DNA of 62,872 bases, counting the filler, from Aduncisulcus paluster (taxonomy: Eukaryota), in assembly GCA_024181965.1 (NCBI GenBank). It is 3 parts of 3 records of this genome, joined end to end, with 100 filler letters (N's around TTAATTAATTAA, not from the genome) between each part and the next. Parts side by side here need not be neighbours in the genome. Positions count along the whole stretch, not along the records: positions 43,711 to 62,872 come from BQXS01012649.1; 2 more parts are not named here. One strand, given 5' to 3'. Within the stretch, counting starts at the first letter, position 1. Every line of letters begins with the position of its first letter. The notes under the pieces were generated by a model that ran no database searches, was not told the origin of the DNA, and worked only from the letters and a program-made list of their open reading frames with translations. Positions 45,523-59,000 of the stretch are shown one piece after another. Made by a program: the position numbers and the translations under genes.

Positions 45523-47106
45523 TTACCTATCACTGAGCATCATGTCATCAAGTTGGCTGTCTTCATAGTCTGGGTGGAGAGAAGGTTTTTGAGTACGCTT
45601 GATATCTTTCTTGGGAGGATCTATTCCAACTTCAATTCGAACAATATCAATTTCATTTTCAACCCAATCCATTTCCTTCTTGAATCGAACACCCACAGCT
45701 TTTTGAGTGGCTAGAATCTGTTGTTTCCTAGCCTCACGTTCACGTTTGATAGCTTCTTTCAATTTCTTCGTATTTTCATTCAATCTGTCAATACTAATTT
45801 TATATTTCTGAAACAGTTCTTTGTGAGCAGTCGTAAATACTTCTCCTTCCCCAGCTCTGCCAACGTGTAAGGACTTTCCTGTGCGAAACTCTGAAGTATC
45901 ACTTTTTCCACCATGATAAATCATTTCTCCATCAATATCAAGGTGGGCTGAATGTCCATTCCCAACTCCTCTGGCACTCATCTTTCTCAATTCCGGCGAA
46001 CTTTCAAGCGAGAGTTGCTCAGTAAATGTTTCTTCCTCCATTCCATCGAAACCCATTGATTTGGGTTGTTCTATCTGAATAACTCTCTTTCCTCTCGATC
46101 TTGATGTTTGCTGCTTTCCCATGGGTGTCGAAGAAGATGTTGATGAGGCTGTAATCGATTTGGACACTACTGAGATATGTTGCTGGGATGAAGGAGCAAT
46201 CACACGGGCGACATCCATTCCATCTTTCTGAATTGAGAAGAATAGAGGCTTTTTGACATCGATTGGGGCCGATTGTTTGGCCATTTTATCTTGTTCTTTC
46301 CTTCTTTCAAGTGCTAATTTCGTAGTTCTAATAGAATAAGGAGTAGCATCATCATCACCATACAATGGGAGTTCAACAGAAACTGGAACATCGGGAAAAT
46401 CGGCAGTCAATTTCTTTTTATACTCACGAAGCCAGGTCATAACGATCTCACTGTCCATATGCGCAGTGTGGGAATGGGCAAGAGCACGGAGAGCATTGTC
46501 GTCTTTATGAACATCAGGAAGAGGAGTACTCTCGGGAACTGGAGGTGGAAGGATGAGAGATTTAATATTATTATGCGATTCACACAACATCTCAATATGT
46601 TGCTTTAAAGAATAGGTTGTCTCTTCTCGTTTAATTTTTTCGAGTTGTTGAATCTTTTGATGTTCTGCTATGGCAGAATTATGTGTCCTTGCGATTTCTA
46701 ACAATTCAGTTTTGAACATGCGTTGATTAGACTCTGATGACCTTCGAGCTGTTGATACAGCAGTTGAAAGAATTTCTAAACGTCTTTTAACAGCCTCAGA
46801 AAAATCTCTAAAACGCGATTCAAGAAGATATTCCCTTCGTTTGTGAATATCCAGTTGTTTTTCAGTGGCATATAGTCTTTGCTCTAAATTAATAACACGG
46901 GCTGCAAGAGTCGCACTATCCATATCTTTTTTTGAAACTTGAATTGAAATATCATCTAATACTTCAGCCGGCGCTGAATGATCAAACGGTTTCTTTATCT
47001 TGCCTATTTCTAGATGTTTGGAATCTCCTTCATGAATTATGTCGGAATCACTTGATTTTTTTGTGTGATCTAATGATAAATCGTGTGATTTAACAGGAGA
47101 TAACAT
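45523..47106 (-). CDS. Hypothetical coiled-coil protein (527 aa)
   Basis: Long ORF with N- and C-terminal heptad regions. Confidence 0.8.
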   Translation of the reverse strand: MLSPVKSHDLSLDHTKKSSDSDIIHEGDSKHLEIGKIKKPFDHSAPAEVLDDISIQVSKKDMDSATLAARVINLEQRLYATEKQLDIHKRREYLLESRFRDFSEAVKRRLEILSTAVSTARRSSESNQRMFKTELLEIARTHNSAIAEHQKIQQLEKIKREETTYSLKQHIEMLCESHNNIKSLILPPPVPESTPLPDVHKDDNALRALAHSHTAHMDSEIVMTWLREYKKKLTADFPDVPVSVELPLYGDDDATPYSIRTTKLALERRKEQDKMAKQSAPIDVKKPLFFSIQKDGMDVARVIAPSSQQHISVVSKSITASSTSSSTPMGKQQTSRSRGKRVIQIEQPKSMGFDGMEEETFTEQLSLESSPELRKMSARGVGNGHSAHLDIDGEMIYHGGKSDTSEFRTGKSLHVGRAGEGEVFTTAHKELFQKYKISIDRLNENTKKLKEAIKREREARKQQILATQKAVGVRFKKEMDWVENEIDIVRIEVGIDPPKKDIKRTQKPSLHPDYEDSQLDDMMLSDR

Positions 47107-47344
47107 TGATAATAGCCAAAAAGTTCAAATTTCGAAAATTTGAAAGTTCCAAGGCAGTAATATGAATATTACACAATATTGTTTTTCAAAATATGATAAT
47201 ACATATAAAATAATAAACTTAATTTTTATTTTTTATTTTAAAGATCGTTCTGGCATGAATACTGTGAAAGTGGGTAATATGGTCGACAAATTTCACAATA
47301 AAAAAATATATATATTGAATCAGACAAAAATGAAGCTGAAAGAA

Positions 47345-47973
47345 TCATTCTTCTTCTTCTCCTTCCTCCTTAGAGGCAGCCTTCTCAACAGCATCCTTCA
47401 TAGCTTCAATTTCTCTTTGCATAGAACTTCCAGGGGCCTTCATAATAGCACATGCGATAACGGTCCGGCTGACACCACTGGCTCTTCCAAGCAACTGCAT
47501 TGATGGAACGTAAACATATGGAACATTTTTATCCTCACACAAAAGAGGGAGATGGAGAACGATTTCAATAGGATCAGTGTCAGCAGCAATGATAATAAGT
47601 TCAGCTTTGTTCTTGTGGAGGGCCTTTGTGGTTTCATTGGCTCCTCTACGAATCTGACCCAGAGACTCAGCTTGTTTCACAAGATCAAAGAGACGAACAG
47701 TGAGATCTTTGTTTGCTATAAAAGCAAAAATACACACACGTCGAAAGAATGGAAAACAAAAAAATACATAACAAAAAAACAAAAGAAAATGTAAATTCAT
47801 GCATCAAAATGAATTAAATTGTACAAATATTTCAAAAATTACATACCTAATGGGTAAATTGTGGTGGGCTTTGTTGATTGAAATTAAATTGGAGAAAACG
47901 TAAGGAAACAAAAAACAAATATATAAATAAAAACCAAAGGGTAAAACTACATCAAATATAAATAACATACCAT
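47345..47973 (-). CDS. SNU13: Snu13/15.5K K-turn binding protein (L7Ae family); exons 47973-47971 (ATG only), 47868-47847, 47715-47345
   Basis: Two GTATGT introns give MPTTIYPLANKDLTVRLFDLVKQA...RRGANETTKAL...AADTDPIEIVLHLPLLCEDKNVPYVYVPS..LGRASGVSR. Confidence 0.93.
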
Positions 47974-48198
47974 ATTTTCAAGTTACTTTCTACCTTGGGA
48001 TTCGGCCAAATGAACCATTTTGGTTTCTATTTATGGAAAAGCTTAGATGTGTAAAAAATCCAATGTTATTCGAATAATTGAAAAGTTATAATTCAAAATA
48101 TGATAAATGCCTCTATATTTCTTGATATTCAGCCCCGTCAGAGGCCTGAGTGCTAATCTTAATGAATTTGGTAACATCAAAAAATATTACGAGCTTAA

Positions 48199-49185
48199 AT
48201 GAGTTTAATTGACCGTGAAAATGCGTGCCGAGAGTTTATTTCTGATGTATTGGGTGTTGAGCGACTCGACAAGGAAACTCCCCTTATAGAACAGTTACAT
48301 GACGGAATTCTTCTCATTGAACTTATTAATGGAGTTGAAAAAGATATAATTCCTAAGTATAATACAAGTAAGTTCCCATTTATGAATATCGAAAGAGCTT
48401 ATTTATTTGTCAAGGCTTGCAAGAAATTAGGGGTTCCTGAATATGAATTATTCTCTCCAGACCAATTGTGTGAACGTCCAAACCCAAAGAGTGTATTTAT
48501 TACGATTGAATCCCTCAAGAGAAATGCTCTTGGAGGGAAGAAGAAAGAGGAGGAAGAACGCAAGAGAAAAGAAGAGGAAGAACGCCTGAAGAAAGAAGAA
48601 GAAGAACGCAAGAGAAAAGAAGAGGAAGAACGCCTGAAGAAAGAAGAAGAAGAACGCAAGAGAAAAGAAGAGGAAGAACGCAAAAGGAAAGAAGAGGAAG
48701 AACGCCTGAAGAAGGAAGAAGAAGAAGAAGAAGAAGAACGTTTGAAGAAAGAAGAAGAGGAAGAAAAGAAGAAAGAAGAAGAAGAACGCAAGAGAAAAGA
48801 AGAGGAAGAACGCCTGAAGAAAGAAGAAGAAGAACGCAAGAGAAAAGAAGAGGAAGAACGCTTGAAGAAAGAAGAAGAGAAGAAGAAATGAAAAGAAAAG
48901 AAGAAGAAGAACGCAAAAGAAAAGAAGAGGAAGAAGAAGAAAAGAGGAGAAAAGAAGAAGAAGAAGAACGTTTGAAGAAAGAAGAAGAGGAAGAAAAGGA
49001 AAAGAAGAGAAAAGAAATGGAAGAAGAAAATGAACGCCTGAAGAAAGAAGAAGAAGAACGCATGCAAAGAAGAAGAAGAAAAGGAAAAGATGAGAAAACA
49101 AATGGAAGAAGTAGAAGAGCAGTTGAAGAAAGAAATGGAAGAAGAACAAAACGTTGATCTTGAAGTCAAAGAAGAAGAGGCTTAA
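48199..49185 (+). CDS. Calponin-homology domain + E/K/R single-alpha-helix tail; two compensating frameshifts (~48888 and ~49067) in the purine repeat
   Basis: LHDGILLIELIN, FVKACKKLGVPEYELFSPDQL. The KEEEER repeats switch frame and return to the original frame, ending at TAA 49183-49185. Confidence 0.8.
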
Positions 49186-49571
49186 TGTACTTTTGAATTG
49201 TTTAAAATTGGCATTATGTCGTCCTACAACAATAAACCGTTCGACAAAATTTATTTTAGTATTATTATTATTTCTGCAGAAAATTGATTGGTTGGATATA
49301 GAATTTATTTTTCTATTGTTTAAATATTTAATTAACCTCATTGTTCACTCGTAAAAGCAAGTTTTTACTAACCTTTCCACTCAGCAATCTGTGGGACAAA
49401 TACTTAAGAAACATGGGTGATTATTAATTATCTACAATATAACTTTTTTGATTTTAACCATATTAATCTCATATCTTAATGTAATTTGCCTCTGTTCAAG
49501 TCGTTCTAAATTTGGATAATCACTTGGATGTCAAGTTTCTTTTTTGATTCTATACAAAAACCTAATTAACA

Positions 49572-49760
49572 ATGACAAAAGATTCAAAGCATGGAGTGAC
49601 CAAGAAACACCCTGAAAGACAGGAAAGACATTCTGGGTCTGGATTCCAAGGAAAAGAACGCCGTGGTGGATATGGTGGACCTGGTGCCGTAGGAAAGGCT
49701 GGAGATGAGGATAGACCTCTCCCATTTGACCCAAAGGATCCTTTGGCCGAAGAGGAATAA
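49572..49760 (+). CDS. Small basic/Gly-rich protein resembling the HABP4/SERBP1/Stf2-Tma10 motif (62 aa)
   Basis: ERHSGSGFQGKERRGGYGGPGAVGKAGDE resembles DRHSxTG...KKGGxGxGxWGxxGDE. It is a GC-rich island in AT-rich flanks. Confidence 0.6.
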   Translation: MTKDSKHGVTKKHPERQERHSGSGFQGKERRGGYGGPGAVGKAGDEDRPLPFDPKDPLAEEE

Positions 49761-50088
49761 TTTTTCTCTGATATATTTGCCCATATTACAATACTATAGT
49801 GGATTTTATGTTTTCGTGATGAACATATCAATATTTATGGGTATTGATATACTATATGTATATTTGCCCTAATATTTCAATTTTTTTATCAATAAAATAT
49901 TCTTTCTGTTTTCATATTTCATCCCTGGATCTACTCCACCCTCTTCTCTAGTTTGGCCGAATTATAATCACATTACAAATTTCACAATAACCAATTCATT
50001 TGAAATAGAGCGAAATTACCTCTTGCATTGGCAAATATAAGATTTTCCCATCGGATTCACTGTTTTGATCAATTCTTGTATATATATT

Positions 50089-53000
50089 ATGAAATATAGA
50101 AAATTTTTAAGTTTTAATAGTGTATTTTTCCTTATTTTTTCAATAATTTTCGGGTTTGTTTTTGGAGATTGGAACTGTTCGAAATTTACAGTCACTTCAT
50201 CGACTACCACCCTAGAATCAATAATTTCAAGTACTGGATCAGTGTCAATTGAAGGTACAACATCAATAACATCTTCTGCCAGCGTTTCTGGATCATCTGT
50301 AACTTATAGCGGAGGAATCGCCACAATATTGGAGGATTTAGTTGCAACCAGTGGCTCTATTACATTAAAACCTTTACAATCAGTCACAACATCTAGTGCC
50401 AATTTAGGTGGAGAGTCTATTGATATTCAAACATCTGCCAATACAGATCTTACAGGAGATATTGATGTAGGGATTGGGAGTTTTCAACTCATCTCTGCTG
50501 GTACAACTACCCTTAATGGAGATCTTCTTTCTAAAGCTCCTGTTGTCATTCAGAGTCAGGGTGAAGTCAGTATCACTGGTAACGTCGACACGTCTTATAG
50601 TTCATATAAAAGTTTCTCTATCACATCAACTTCTGGGGATATTAGTTTTATTAAAAATTCAGCCACTGATGCCATCAATACTGCCAACTTTACTCTTTTA
50701 GCTAACAATGGAAACATATCTCTCTCGCCCGAGCTCACCACTGTCGGAGATGTCAATATCCGTGCAATCAGCGGTAACATTTCCTTAAATAACGTGTCCT
50801 CTTCCGATGGTACGAATTGCACGATCGATGCTGACAACTCTTTAAGTATTTCGCAAAATATTGACATGGTAGACTTTGAGACGATTCTCAAGGCAAGATC
50901 GCTGTCGCTGTCGGTGACTTCAGTTAATGTTAAGTCTTTAATCTGCAATGGGTACACTGGAGTCACTATCTCCGGTGCCACAGCAGCATCTATCGATGAC
51001 ATCTCTATAACATCCACTTCAGGCGTTGTGAGTATCACAAACGCTATTCTACGCAATACTCTTGGTTCCATATCCGTCACTGGTACTGATATCACGATAC
51101 CCTCAGGTATAACTGCTGAGGAAGGAGCCGTTACACTTGCTAGTTCAAGCGGTGACATTAACATTGGCACTAACATTTTTGGAACAACTCTGAATGTCAC
51201 TTCTTCCAATGGAATCTCTCTTCCAGCTATTTCTACCACCCAGCGTGGAACTACAATATCCTCGACATCCACAGCAGCCATATGTTCTCTTTCTGACGGT
51301 ATTACGGTATATGAGGATGCCACGTGTACGCCTGGAAACTGTGATATCGGCATAGAATGTGTTGGTGGTGTGGAGCTTGCCGGTAATATCAATACAAACC
51401 ATTTGGGTTCTGTAACCCTAAAGGCTGGTTCCGGTGACGTTATTCTTTCTGGTTCAGCAGGGATCTCGAGTACTGGATTATCTGTAATCGCTAGAGATGA
51501 TATTACGATTGCTGGGTCCAATTTAATCACTTTAGAGGAAAGCGATGGAGGAAGTGGTGGAACTTTGACCCTTCGTTCGAATGATAATGGAACTATCACA
51601 ATAGAATCAACCATGTCCGTCGAGAACAATATCACAGTCAGCGGAGGTGATATCGAACTCAAGGCTGACCTGATCTCGTCAACTTCTTCTGTCGCCATAT
51701 CGTCGTGGAAATTCACTTCAACGACGGGGAGTGACGTTGAGGGTTATGGTGTAAGTATCACTGGGAGTGGTGGTGGTGTTGCAAATGATTTTGTGTTTGG
51801 AGGAAGTGTTACTTCGAGTGGAACTAGCCCACTCAATATCTCATCTAAGGACTCAATTGTCGCCACTGGGTCTATCTCTTGTGACTCATGTGTCGCCTCT
51901 GTGACTGGTAACAGCATTAGTGTTGCCGCTATTGCTGTCAATGATCTCCAACTTACCTCTTCGACTTCCACGGCGCTTGATGGGGCGGTTACTACTAATG
52001 TAGACGCCACTATCTCTACCACAACGCTCGAAATTGGGACAAACGGTTCAGTTAGAAGCGATGGAATTACTAAAATGACTGCTACGGACACTGTGAGTAT
52101 TGCTGGTGATGTTATCGGTGCCACGGTAACAATTTTAACAAATGCTAGCAAAGACCTTATCGTTTCTGCCGCTAAAATACAATCTACAGCCGATGATTTG
52201 ACCTTACGAGGTGCTCTCGATGTGTCCGGTAATTCTGTGCTGATGAGCGATAATTTTTCCATCGTTGTGTCAGGTCTCCAGACTGTTATCTCCGACTCTG
52301 CGAGTGTGACCTGTTCCAATGGTGACCTGGAACTGACGACCACTGGTGTTGTAACCCTTGAAAGTACAACTTCTGCCAAGCAACTTGTGACAACTGCTGG
52401 TGGTGATGTCACTCTGGGAAATACAATGACCTTCCCTACGTCTCTATCTGTGTCTGGTAACACTATCACTCTTAATGGAACTGCATCAATAGCCGCTGGT
52501 GAATGTGTTTTGACCTCTAACATTGATGCTGGTACAACTCTCGAAAGCAATGCCTCTCTGATGTGTTCTGATATGCTGACTATCTCAAATAACCATGATC
52601 TTACAATTAATGCTAATGCTATACTTTCATCTGACTCACAATGTGACCTTGATGTGGCTGATTCCGTTATTAGTGGTTCTATATTATGTGATACTGGGCT
52701 GTTTTTGACTGCTCTGGATTCTATTGTTCTAAACTCTGGTGGTTACTTGTATTCTGATGCTAACGTCACACTGTCAGCAATATCTATGGATCCGATTGGT
52801 GGTATTATCGAAGCTCTTACCAGTGAGGTTGATCTGAGTGGATCTACTGGAACTACCATTGTTGGGACTACCTTTACTGGGCCCAGTGATGGTGCGACTA
52901 TCAGCTTTGACTGTGCCAATGATGTTCTATGGGATTCTATTCTGGACCATTCGAATGCATCCGTGAGTATCACTGGTAACTCCATCACCATTAACGATGG

Positions 53001-56000
53001 TACATCTGATGGATACTTCAACGTTCATGATCTCCAACTTACTTCATCAAGTGGAACATATATCAATCCAACATATTCCGATCAAACCAAAACTGTCCTT
53101 AAAACAACTGGTGGATCTCTCCAGTTAATTAGTAATTCTTTAGTCGATATCAATGCTCCAATTGTACATGGTGCTAACATGATTATCGATTGTTCTGATC
53201 TGAACATTAGTGATGTCATACAGGGTAATGCTCTCACGTGTGAAGTCAACAGCTCTTTCGTTATTGAGTCCACTGGAGCTATCGAAAGTGACAGTCTATC
53301 GTACACTGGTGTCGATTCAACCGTTGAGGTATACGGAGTCATCTCCCTCGCTTCTTCCGTGTCCCTCGTCGCCAAGGAGATCTATGTCAACGATGTGAGT
53401 GGTGGTGATGGATACATTATGGGACGTGGTGTTGAATTAGTCGCTCCCATCATTACTCTTTATGACAGAGATACTGAAGGTGCCTATGTTGTTCGGAGTA
53501 TCGATTCGTCTAATCAGATTCGTTTGGTTGCCTCCTCTAAGCTGACCATTAACGGAGATGTGTACAGTGATGGTGATGTTATGCTTGACTTTGGAGAACT
53601 GGAGAGCTCTGGAGGAAGCGTTGAAGGTGATACTGTTACTTACAAGGGAGACTTTGACATGGTTCTTGATTCATCAGTGGATGCCGATGAAAGTCTGTCG
53701 ATCGCTACAACTGGAAGTATTACTGTTAATACTGACTTTCACGCTGAGAAAAACCTTACTCTCGAAGGAAGCAATGTTTATATCAATGGAGATCTCGAAA
53801 GTGATGAGTCGATCACTATCACAGCCGACACTCTCACATTGGCCGAAGGGAAGAGCATTAAAGCCGTTATGAATGTTACGATTAATGTGGATCAAAGTGG
53901 AGATTTGTGTCTCACTGGATCCATTGAGGCGAATGATACATTCTCCCTTAACGCGCCGAATGCTAATGTTTTTATTCAGAATGAAATTACAGTCAGTGAT
54001 AATGATGATGATGATTTGAGTAATGCTGCCACTATTGTTGCAAGTTCAATATATGTAAATGATAGAACTATTAAATATCTCGATGGTGACAATCAATACG
54101 GGTATGTCAGTGCCCCAAGGATTAATTTCACTGCAAGCGATAGTGGTGTTATTTCTGAGCACGATCTCACTGGAACCGAAGTATTGGATGCCTCCAAGTC
54201 AGTGACGTTGACGTATGGTGATTTGACCATTGAAGCCCCAATCAGTGCTTCATCCTTCACCTCGACGAGTCAAAAGCTTCATATCGCCGAAGACTCGCCT
54301 TTATTTGCTCAAGATGTTTCTATTACAGTCAGTGGTACTGAGAATACTAACGTTTCATCCTCCATTACTGCCTCCATTGGTTCTTTCGTTTTTGTCGGTA
54401 ATCATACCCAACTTAACTTATTAACATACTCTAGCACTTCCAATGGTAGTATTACAGCTGCCTCGAGTGTCTCTATTACGGCTGCCTCTTTTGTTCAGAA
54501 CAGTGGAAGCACAACCTCGTCGAGAGGAAATGTCATGCTTTCTGGAAGTTCCATCTCCATCACAACTCTTAGTGGAGGCATTTCTTTTTATCCCTTTGAA
54601 CAAGTTGACGACCCATCTGAGATGAATTGTCTGAAGACTGTCACGAGTGGCATTGATATCTCTGGTTCGTCTTCTGTTTATATCGAGAGTGCAGGATTTG
54701 AAAGCGCTACGACTCTGTCTCTTGTCACTCCAAGTCTCAACATTGTTCAGGACACTGACACTGGTATTAGTGCCTATGGAAACATTAACTTCAGTGTGAG
54801 TGGAAGTAGTATCACTCTTGGAACCGATATTATAGCCCGAGGAAGTACGTTCCTCATTGACAGTCCTGCTGCAGCTATCACTACCCATGGTAACCTTTCT
54901 AATACTTCTGGATCTCTTACAATCGTCTGCTCGTCCTTTGATTTCCATTTGGATGCCTCTGAACCCTCCAAGAGTATCTCAACGCACGGAGACTTCACAA
55001 TCGAAGCCACTGGTGACATCACATTCTTGGAAACGGTCAACGATGATGCAGAATTGGTTATGATTAATTGTGGTGCAGCCGTTACATTTGATGCAGATAG
55101 TGTTGTCGTGGAAGGTGAGATTTACAGTGCAGAAATTGTCACGGTTAATGCGAACTCTTTGCTTAAGTTCTTGAACGATGTGACAACCGAGCAATCGGTC
55201 AGTATTGATGTGGCATCATTCAGCATGGAAGGATCAACTCTCAAAGCAACCGACAATTCAGTAATATCTGCCAATATTGCCGTGACTATGGTAAGTTCCA
55301 GTTTGCGATTCACTGGTGATCTTGAATTGGTGAGTGGAGCATTCACCATGGATTCTGGTTCTTCTCTATCGTGCAGTGAACTCGTCATTGAAACTCAGGG
55401 TCTTTCTACGCTCAACGGCACTGTCAATGTGGCCGAGAATGCTGTCTTAACAACATCAGCCACCTTTGGTCTTGCTTTCGAAGTAATGAAGCAATTGACT
55501 GTTGATGGAGACGTGCAGACGATATCAGGGACCCTCACTGTTGGTGGAGCTGCAGAGTTTTCATGCCAGCGTTTCATTGTCGATGGTGTTGCTGGAATCC
55601 TTGATGTCACCGGTGATCTTGTGGTCACTTCGAATAGTGTCACCATGAGCAACGATTGTTCCGTGAATGCTCTTCATGTTAAGTATGACGTTGAAGCTGC
55701 AGTCGATATTGAAGGTATCTTTGATGATAATAACAAGACTATTACTACCATTGAGATTAACAGTGTTACTTTGACAATCAACAAGGCGATGAACCTTGAA
55801 TATACCGATATTATAATTGATAGTACAAACGTTATCATCTACGAGCCTATCACTGTTAAGAATTTCACGACAACCACAGTTGGTGATTTCGATATTGACC
55901 TTGAGAGCGGAAATGGATTGCCTGAAACGGTTGCGATCTCTGCTGAGGATATTACATTCAATGTAACAACGAGAAAAGTCAATATTAATAATTCTATGGT

Positions 56001-59000
56001 TGCTTCCGCAAACCTTGAGATGTATTCCAATACGTTATCTGTTGCGAATGATGTGTCAATCACCGCTTCAGGTTCTTTAACTTTCTATACCGGAGTTGAA
56101 TGTGCCATTAATGGTTTTATTTCATCCGACTCTGAACTTATAATTCAACAATACGATTCTGGATCTCCAACCTCAATCTCTCTGTCCAAAGATGCCTCTC
56201 TGAGATGCCCCTCGTGTAATCTAACAATAGATGTAAGTGCTCTCAATGCTTATGGAACGATAGAAACATCAGCTATTCTTGATATAACCACATCCCTCCA
56301 GTGCAATATCTTCACAGGATGTGACATGAGTGGCGTCAGCTCTCAGATCAAGATAAGTGGAGAGGATAGCCTTGGAAATGTCGGTGGATTCATTTCTGTC
56401 CAAGCACCAATCAATAATTCACAATTATCATCCATTTATATCACTAAATCATCCAACGTTCGATTCACGAGTATAATAGAAGCCACAACGATCACCATTG
56501 ACGATTCTGCCACTTTCCAATCTGATACTTACCTCCATTCCGATGAATTAGTTGTCAGTGTGTCTGGAAATGCAACTATTTCAGGGGATTTCCAGAGTTC
56601 TTCAGGTATTTCGATAGATTGTGCCACTCTAAACATGGGCTCAAGTCTTACAAATATTGAGACTGGTATCCTTACCATTGAAGCTGATACTTGCATCATT
56701 GATAATCCTATAGTCGCTGGCACTTCCTGCACAATGGATATCCAAGGCCAAGGTATTGTCAGTGGAACAATTAGTAGTACTGGTGATCTGTCTGTCCAGG
56801 CCTCCCAGTTCGAGAGTTTGTCCATCAATGGTTCCAGCAAGATCACCCTTGTGACTAGTAATGCCTTGACTGTGTATGGATACATCATGGGTAACGGAGA
56901 TGTCAAGATCCTTGGAGATTCCAGTGACATGTCGTATGTTAGCTCTGGAACATTCACGATCAACGGTGAGGTCTCAAGTGCAAGTGGATCTTTGTCCATT
57001 GTTGGTCTCAGTCTGACAGTCAATTCTCCCTGCTCTGTGGTAAAGAGTGACAGTTCCACGGTTAGTATGCTTCTTGGAAGCTCTATCACGATGTGTGGAG
57101 ATGTCACTGGTGCCAACATTACCCTTGAGGCTGCCACAATCTCGATGGATTCTTCAAATGTTGTTGATGGAACAGTGATCTCGTCAACAGGTACCCTTTC
57201 CCTCAAGGCCGATAACAGTGCAATCAACCATGATATTTTCTGCACTGGTGACTTCACTTTGAGTGGAGGTGTGATGTATTTCAATGGTTCTGTCGAATCA
57301 AGAGGAAGTATCTCCACTCACAATGGGTTGGAACTCGAACAGATTACATTTTATGACACTCTATTCGCCCAGAACAATTTAATCATGGATATCACGAAGA
57401 ATATGACACTAAAGAAGAAGACCTGGTGTGGGGGAGGAGGACAAATGATTATCAACGATGGTATGACTTCTGCCGATCACTCTCTTGTTGTTGTTATTCA
57501 GGGACCCTTGAGGAACTTTGCTTCTCAGATCACTTGTAAGTCATTCTCTCTTAACACTGCGACCACGTATGGTGCATTCATGGATATCCTTTCCCTTGAC
57601 ATCAATTCCACATCCAATAATATCGATATATACCCTTACGATCATGCTTTGTGTCTGTCCAATGGTGGAACTGAAGAAGACGAATGTGCAAGCTCAAGCA
57701 CAGCTGATCTTACCATGAAGGTCACGGGAAATGTGCAACTTGTGTCTGATACGGCTTCTATCTCATTCCATGGTGGTGCCAAACTTAAGAATAGCAACAC
57801 AAACAGTGTAACGATGCGTGCTGATAGCGCAGGAATTGTTATTGATGGTGAATTTGATGTTGGTTCCATTGTGATGTCATACAAGAACTTTACTCTTGAA
57901 ACTGGAAGAACTCTGTTGACAAACACCTCTCAATCTTATAGTTCTTCTGCTACCACCGGTTTATCTCAGTTGTATGGTAATTTGACAAGTGAAGGTGATT
58001 CCATTACATTGGATATCGATGGGAATCTGTTTGTTGGAGGAAAACTTGAGAGTGAGGCCAACAATCCCAATGGAATATTCCTTACTGCTGAGTATATCGA
58101 ATTAAATCCCGATACATCTCACAATACAGCCCAGTTAATCGGACCTGCCATCTATTTCACTGCGACCGATGTCATTACAAATGAATTTGCCAATGATTCT
58201 TCTGGCAACGAAATGATCCAAGCTCTTATCTCATTTGGGATGACCCTAACTGGTGATTTGACCATGAACGAGAGTGGGTCTGTGGTTGTTGGGACTGGTG
58301 ATGTCACTTGGTCTGTTGTTGGTGATGTACTTCTAAAGAATGACATATCTATTGGTGTATATACTGCAGCCGCTACCATATCTGATTTCTATAACATTCA
58401 ACTCACTGCCAACTCTAACATTTATTCCGAACGTGCGATAGAGTTAGTCTCTTCTTGCGACAGTACTTCTTCCTTCAAGGGTTCCCTTGAGGCTGCTTCC
58501 ATTACCATCACGGCTTATGATATGATTTTGTATGTCAACGGTGCTCTCTCTCTCACTGAAAATGGTGCCGTGTCTGAGATTGATGTTAGACATTTAGTCG
58601 TGAATGAAAATGGAAGCAATGGTTTCATTAGAGCTCATGAGGTGATTCTTGGAGATGGTTCTTCCATAATGGATGTCACCATAAATGCTGCAGATTCCTC
58701 AACGAATAGTGGGAATGTGATTGAATCCTATGGGGGTGGGCTTGCTATTGATTGTGGAACAAATGGTGAACTAAACATTGGTAGTGAATCGGGATACGCT
58801 GCTCTGATTTCTGTCGAAACCTTTATTGATGTATCTTGTAATGATATCTACATCAAGGATACTGCTGATGTCACGACTTATCAGGATGAGATATCTCTGT
58901 TGGCCGTTGGAGAAATCATTCTTAACGGTGATGTTCACTCAGACGATAACCTTACGGCTCAAGCCGGTAGCGATTTGGAGATTTCTGGTGTTTTTGAGAC

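Noticed and set aside
48399..49341. Long Phe/Ser/Leu-rich ORFs (also 44050-44404)
   Set aside because: Antisense shadows of GAA/AAG repeats.
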